Notes under the pieces: model-generated | What the model was told of the DNA's origin: nothing | Database searches by the model: none | Seen by the model: the letters and a program-made list of their open reading frames with translations, nothing else | Shown here: one piece after another, positions 59,821 to 64,000 of the stretch | How the letters are laid out: every line of letters starts with the position of its first letter | Position numbering within the stretch: the stretch's first letter is position 1 | From: Marsupella aquatica | Lineage: Eukaryota > Plantae > Marchantiophyta | Assembly: GCA_973895155.1 (NCBI GenBank) | Contig: OZ316897.1 | Span: forward strand, 23,535,455-23,599,454 | Direction of reading: 5' to 3' | DNA length: 64,000 nucleotides | Position numbers and translations under genes: made by a program

Positions 59821-62800
59821 GTCATCCCCAGTTTTCACATGTGGCATACCAGTTTTTTAAGTACTGGTATGATTATTGAATATTGGGGGTGAGTTTGACC
59901 CCCAGTTTGTTGTGTGCGCATTTTGGAGGGGCTAGGGGTGGGGGTACCCCGCAATTTTCGGGGTGCGTGTACCAGGGGGCGAGTGCCACCCTACTGTAGC
60001 TTTTGGGGGTGTAACGAGCTGGGGGTGAGGGTGGGGGAGGGGTTCCATGGGGGTTGAGGGTGAGGGTGGCCCCCAGTTTTGGGGGTGCGTGCACATGGGG
60101 GCCTGTGCAACCCTAATTGAGCATTGGGGGTGTAACGAGCTGGGGGTGAGGGTGGGGGAGGGGTTCCATGGGGGTTGAGGGTGAGGGTGGCCCCCAGTTT
60201 TGGGGGTGCGTGCACATGGGGGCGTGTGCAACCCTACTGTAGCATTGGGGGTGTAACGAGCAGGGGGTGAGGGAGGGGGAGGGGTTCCATGGGGGTTGAG
60301 GGTGAGGGTGGCCCCCAGTTTTGGGGGTGCGTGCACATGGGGGCGTGTGCAACCCTAATTGAGCATTGGGGGTGTAACGAGCTGGGGGTGAGGGAGGGGG
60401 AGGGGTTCCATGGGGGTTGAGGGTGAGGGTGGCCCCCAATTTTGGGGGTGCGTGCACATGGGGGCGTGTGCAACCCTAATGTAGCATTGGGGGTGTAACG
60501 AGCTGGGGGTGAGGGTGGGGGAGGGGTTCCATGGGGGTTGAGGGTGAGGGTGGCCCCCAGTTTTGGGGGTGCGTGCATTGGGGGTGAGGATGGTCAAGAT
60601 TGGGGGTGAATCACCCCCAATGTATGCATACTAGGAGTGAGTCCACGCTCCTATCGCGACGAGGTGATCACAACTAGGGGTACGAGTAGTTGGCTTTTTA
60701 TGTAATTTTGACTTTTTTAAAGTATTGGTAAAACGTTTCATTTTGGTGGATTTGCGCAAATAGCACGTTTTGGAACGTTACGTGCTCGCCTAGCACGTTT
60801 TTTTGACAAGTATAGCAAAAAGAAAAAAAAGGGTTAGCGTTTAGGGTTTAGGGTTTATGGTTTAGGGTTTACAGTGTCATCCCCAGTTTTCACATGTGGC
60901 ATACCAGTTTTTTAAGTACTGGTATGATTATTGAATATTGGGGGTGAGTTTGACCCCCAGTTTGTTGTGTGCGCATTTTGGAGGGGCTAGGGGTGGGGGT
61001 ACCCCGCAATTTTCGGGGTGCGTGTACCAGGGGGCGAGTGCCACCCTACTGTAGCTTTTGGGGGTGTAACGAGCTGGGGGTGAGGGTGGGGGAGGGGTTC
61101 CATGGGGGTTGAGGGTGAGGGTGGCCCCCAGTTTTGGGGGTGCGTGCACATGGGGGCGTGTGCAACCCTAATTGAGCATTGGGGGTGTAACGAGCTGGGG
61201 GTGAGGGTGGGGGAGGGGTTCCATGGGGGTTGAGGGTGAGGATGGCCCCCAGTTTTGGGGGTGCGTGCACATGGGGGCGTGTGCAACCCTACTGTAGCAT
61301 TGGGGGTGTAACGAGCTGGGGGTGAGGGTGGGGGAGGGGTTCCATGGGGGTTGAGGGTGAGGGTGGCCCCCAGTTTTGGGGGTGCGTGCACATGGGGGCG
61401 TGTGCAACCCTAATTGAGCATTGGGGGTGTAACGAGCTGGGGGTGAGGGTGGGGGAGGGGTTCCATGGGGGTTGAGGGTGAGGATGGCCCCCAGTTTTGG
61501 GGGTGCGTGCACATGGGGGCCTGTGCAACCCTACTGTAGCATTGGGGGTGTAACGAGCTGGGGGTGAGGGTGGGGGAGGGGTTCCATGGGGGTTGAGGGT
61601 GAGGGTGGCCCCCAGTTTTGGGGGTGCGTGCACATGGGGGCGTGTGCAACCCTACTGTAGCATTGGGGGTGTAACGAGCTGGGGGTGAGGGTGGGGGAGG
61701 GGTTCCATGGGGGTTGAGGGTGAGGGTGGCCCCCAGTTTTGGGGGTGCGTGCACATGGGGGCGTGTGCAACCCTAATTGAGCATTGGGGGTGTAACGAGC
61801 TGGGGGTGAGGGTGGGGGAGGGGTTCCATGGGGGTTGAGGGTGAGGATGGCCCCCAGTTTTGGGGGTGCGTGCACATGGGGGCCTGTGCAACCCTACTGT
61901 AGCATTGGGGGTGTAACGAGCTGGGGGTGAGGGTGGGGGAGGGGTTCCATGGGGGTTGAGGGTGAGGGTGGCCCCCAGTTTTGGGGGTGCGTGCACATGG
62001 GGGCGTGTGCAACCCTAATTGAGCATTGGGGGTGTAACGAGCTGGGGGTGAGGGAGGGGGAGGGGTTCCATGGGGGTTGAGGGTGAGGGTGGCCCCCAGT
62101 TTTGGGGGTGCGTGCACATGGGGGCGTGTGCAACCCTACTGTAGCATTGGGGGTGTAACGAGCTGGGGGTGAGGGTGGGGGAGGGGTTCCATGGGGGTTG
62201 AGGGTGAGGGTGGCCCCCAGTTTTGGGGGTGCGTGCACATGGGGGCGTGTGCAACCCTAATTGAGCATTGGGGGTGTAACGAGCTGGGGGTGAGGGTGGG
62301 GGAGGGGTTCCATGGGGGTTGAGGGTGAGGATGGCCCCCAGTTTTGGGGGTGCGTGCACATGGGGGCCTGTGCAACCCTACTGTAGCATTGGGGGTGTAA
62401 CGAGCTGGGGGTGAGGGTGGGGGAGGGGTTCCATGGGGGTTGAGGGTGAGGATGGCCCCCAGTTTTGGGGGTGCGTGCATTGGGGGTGAGGATGGTCAAG
62501 ATTGGGGGTGAATCACCCCCAATGTATGCATACTAGGAGTGAGTCCACGCTCCTATCGCGACGAGGTGATCACAACTAGGGGTACGAGTAGTTGGCTTTT
62601 TATGTAATTTTGACTTTTTTAAAGTATTGGTAAAACGTTTCATTTTGGTGGATTTGCGCAAATAGCACGTTTTGGAACGTTACGTGCTCGCCTAGCACGT
62701 TTTTTTGACAAGTATAGCAAAAAGAAAAAAAAGGGTTAGCGTTTAGGGTTTAGGGTTTATGGTTTAGGGTTTACAGTGTCATCCCCAGTTTTCACATGTG

Positions 62801-64000
62801 GCATACCAGTTTTTTAAGTACTGGTATGATTATTGAATATTGGGGGTGAGTTTGACCCCCAGTTTGTTGTGTGCGCATTTTGGAGGGGCTAGGGGTGGGG
62901 GTACCCCGCAATTTTCGGGGTGCGTGTACCAGGGGGCGAGTGCCACCCTACTGTAGCTTTTGGGGGTGTAACGAGCTGGGGGTGAGGGTGGGGGAGGGGT
63001 TCCATGGGGGTTGAGGGTGAGGGTGGCCCCCAGTTTTGGGGGTGCGTGCACATGGGGGCCTGTGCAACCCTAATTGAGCATTGGGGGTGTAACGAGCTGG
63101 GGGTGAGGGTGGGGGAGGGGTTCCATGGGGGTTGAGGGTGAGGGTGGCCCCCAGTTTTGGGGGTGCGTGCACATGGGGGCGTGTGCAACCCTACTGTAGC
63201 ATTGGGGGTGTAACGAGCAGGGGGTGAGGGAGGGGGAGGGGTTCCATGGGGGTTGAGGGTGAGGGTGGCCCCCAGTTTTGGGGGTGCGTGCACATGGGGG
63301 CGTGTGCAACCCTAATTGAGCATTGGGGGTGTAACGAGCTGGGGGTGAGGGAGGGGGAGGGGTTCCATGGGGGTTGAGGGTGAGGGTGGCCCCCAATTTT
63401 GGGGGTGCGTGCACATGGGGGCGTGTGCAACCCTAATGTAGCATTGGGGGTGTAACGAGCTGGGGGTGAGGGTGGGGGAGGGGTTCCATGGGGGTTGAGG
63501 GTGAGGGTGGCCCCCAGTTTTGGGGGTGCGTGCATTGGGGGTGAGGATGGTCAAGATTGGGGGTGAATCACCCCCAATGTATGCATACTAGGAGTGAGTC
63601 CACGCTCCTATCGCGACGAGGTGATCACAACTAGGGGTACGAGTAGTTGGCTTTTTATGTAATTTTGACTTTTTTAAAGTATTGGTAAAACGTTTCATTT
63701 TGGTGGATTTGCGCAAATAGCACGTTTTGGAACGTTACGTGCTCGCCTAGCACGTTTTTTTGACAAGTATAGCAAAAAGAAAAAAAAGGGTTAGCGTTTA
63801 GGGTTTAGGGTTTATGGTTTAGGGTTTACAGTGTCATCCCCAGTTTTCACATGTGGCATACCAGTTTTTTAAGTACTGGTATGATTATTGAATATTGGGG
63901 GTGAGTTTGACCCCCAGTTTGTTGTGTGCGCATTTTGGAGGGGCTAGGGGTGGGGGTACCCCGCAATTTTCGGGGTGCGTGTACCAGGGGGCGAGTGCCA
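59819..64000 (+). repeat. Subtelomere-type higher-order satellite: units of 1055, 1902, 1055 bp (fourth partial), each head + n x 121-bp G-rich monomer + tail + A-tract + degenerate telomeric repeats
   Basis: Unit starts GTGTCATCCCCAG at 59819, 60874, 62776 and 63831. The 847-bp length difference equals 7 x 121. Units 1 and 3 give identical ORF translations. Confidence 0.95.

Noticed and set aside
59873-63554. Many Pro-rich, extensin-like ORFs on the minus strand
   Set aside because: By-products of the C-rich strand of a 121-bp repeat (not a multiple of 3); each frame stops within about three monomers and there is no signal peptide.

Overview
Land-plant nuclear DNA, most likely a moss/bryophyte (moss-type PLS-DYW PPR gene, TTTAGGG repeats), that appears to run into a subtelomere. 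There is one clear host gene, a 1703-aa PLS-E1-E2-DYW RNA-editing factor with 35 PPR motifs built by recent 303-bp duplications, plus a decayed mitochondrial Cpn60 pseudogene. The rest is a deep transposon nest. An old Copia is split by a 27.8-kb CACTA (TIRs and CTA TSD intact). The CACTA holds an intact Bianca-type Copia with identical LTRs, a 4.69-kb insertion and a captured EDM2-like triple-PHD gene. A second Copia is split by a Gypsy, which is split by a 4.0-kb insertion and then cut off by telomeric repeats. The window ends in a G-rich higher-order satellite punctuated by telomeric tracts. Best candidates for something new: (1) seven copies in three subfamilies of TG...CA elements, 4-4.7 kb where complete and with 5-bp TSDs, that look like giant solo LTRs encoding their own 880-1230-aa protein and sharing a covarying RNA structure near the 3' end; (2) a CACTA-borne EDM2-type PHD module whose likely N-terminus resembles the histone H3 tail; (3) telomere-flanked, A-tailed satellite units. 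All family assignments come from motif recognition by eye; no searches were run.
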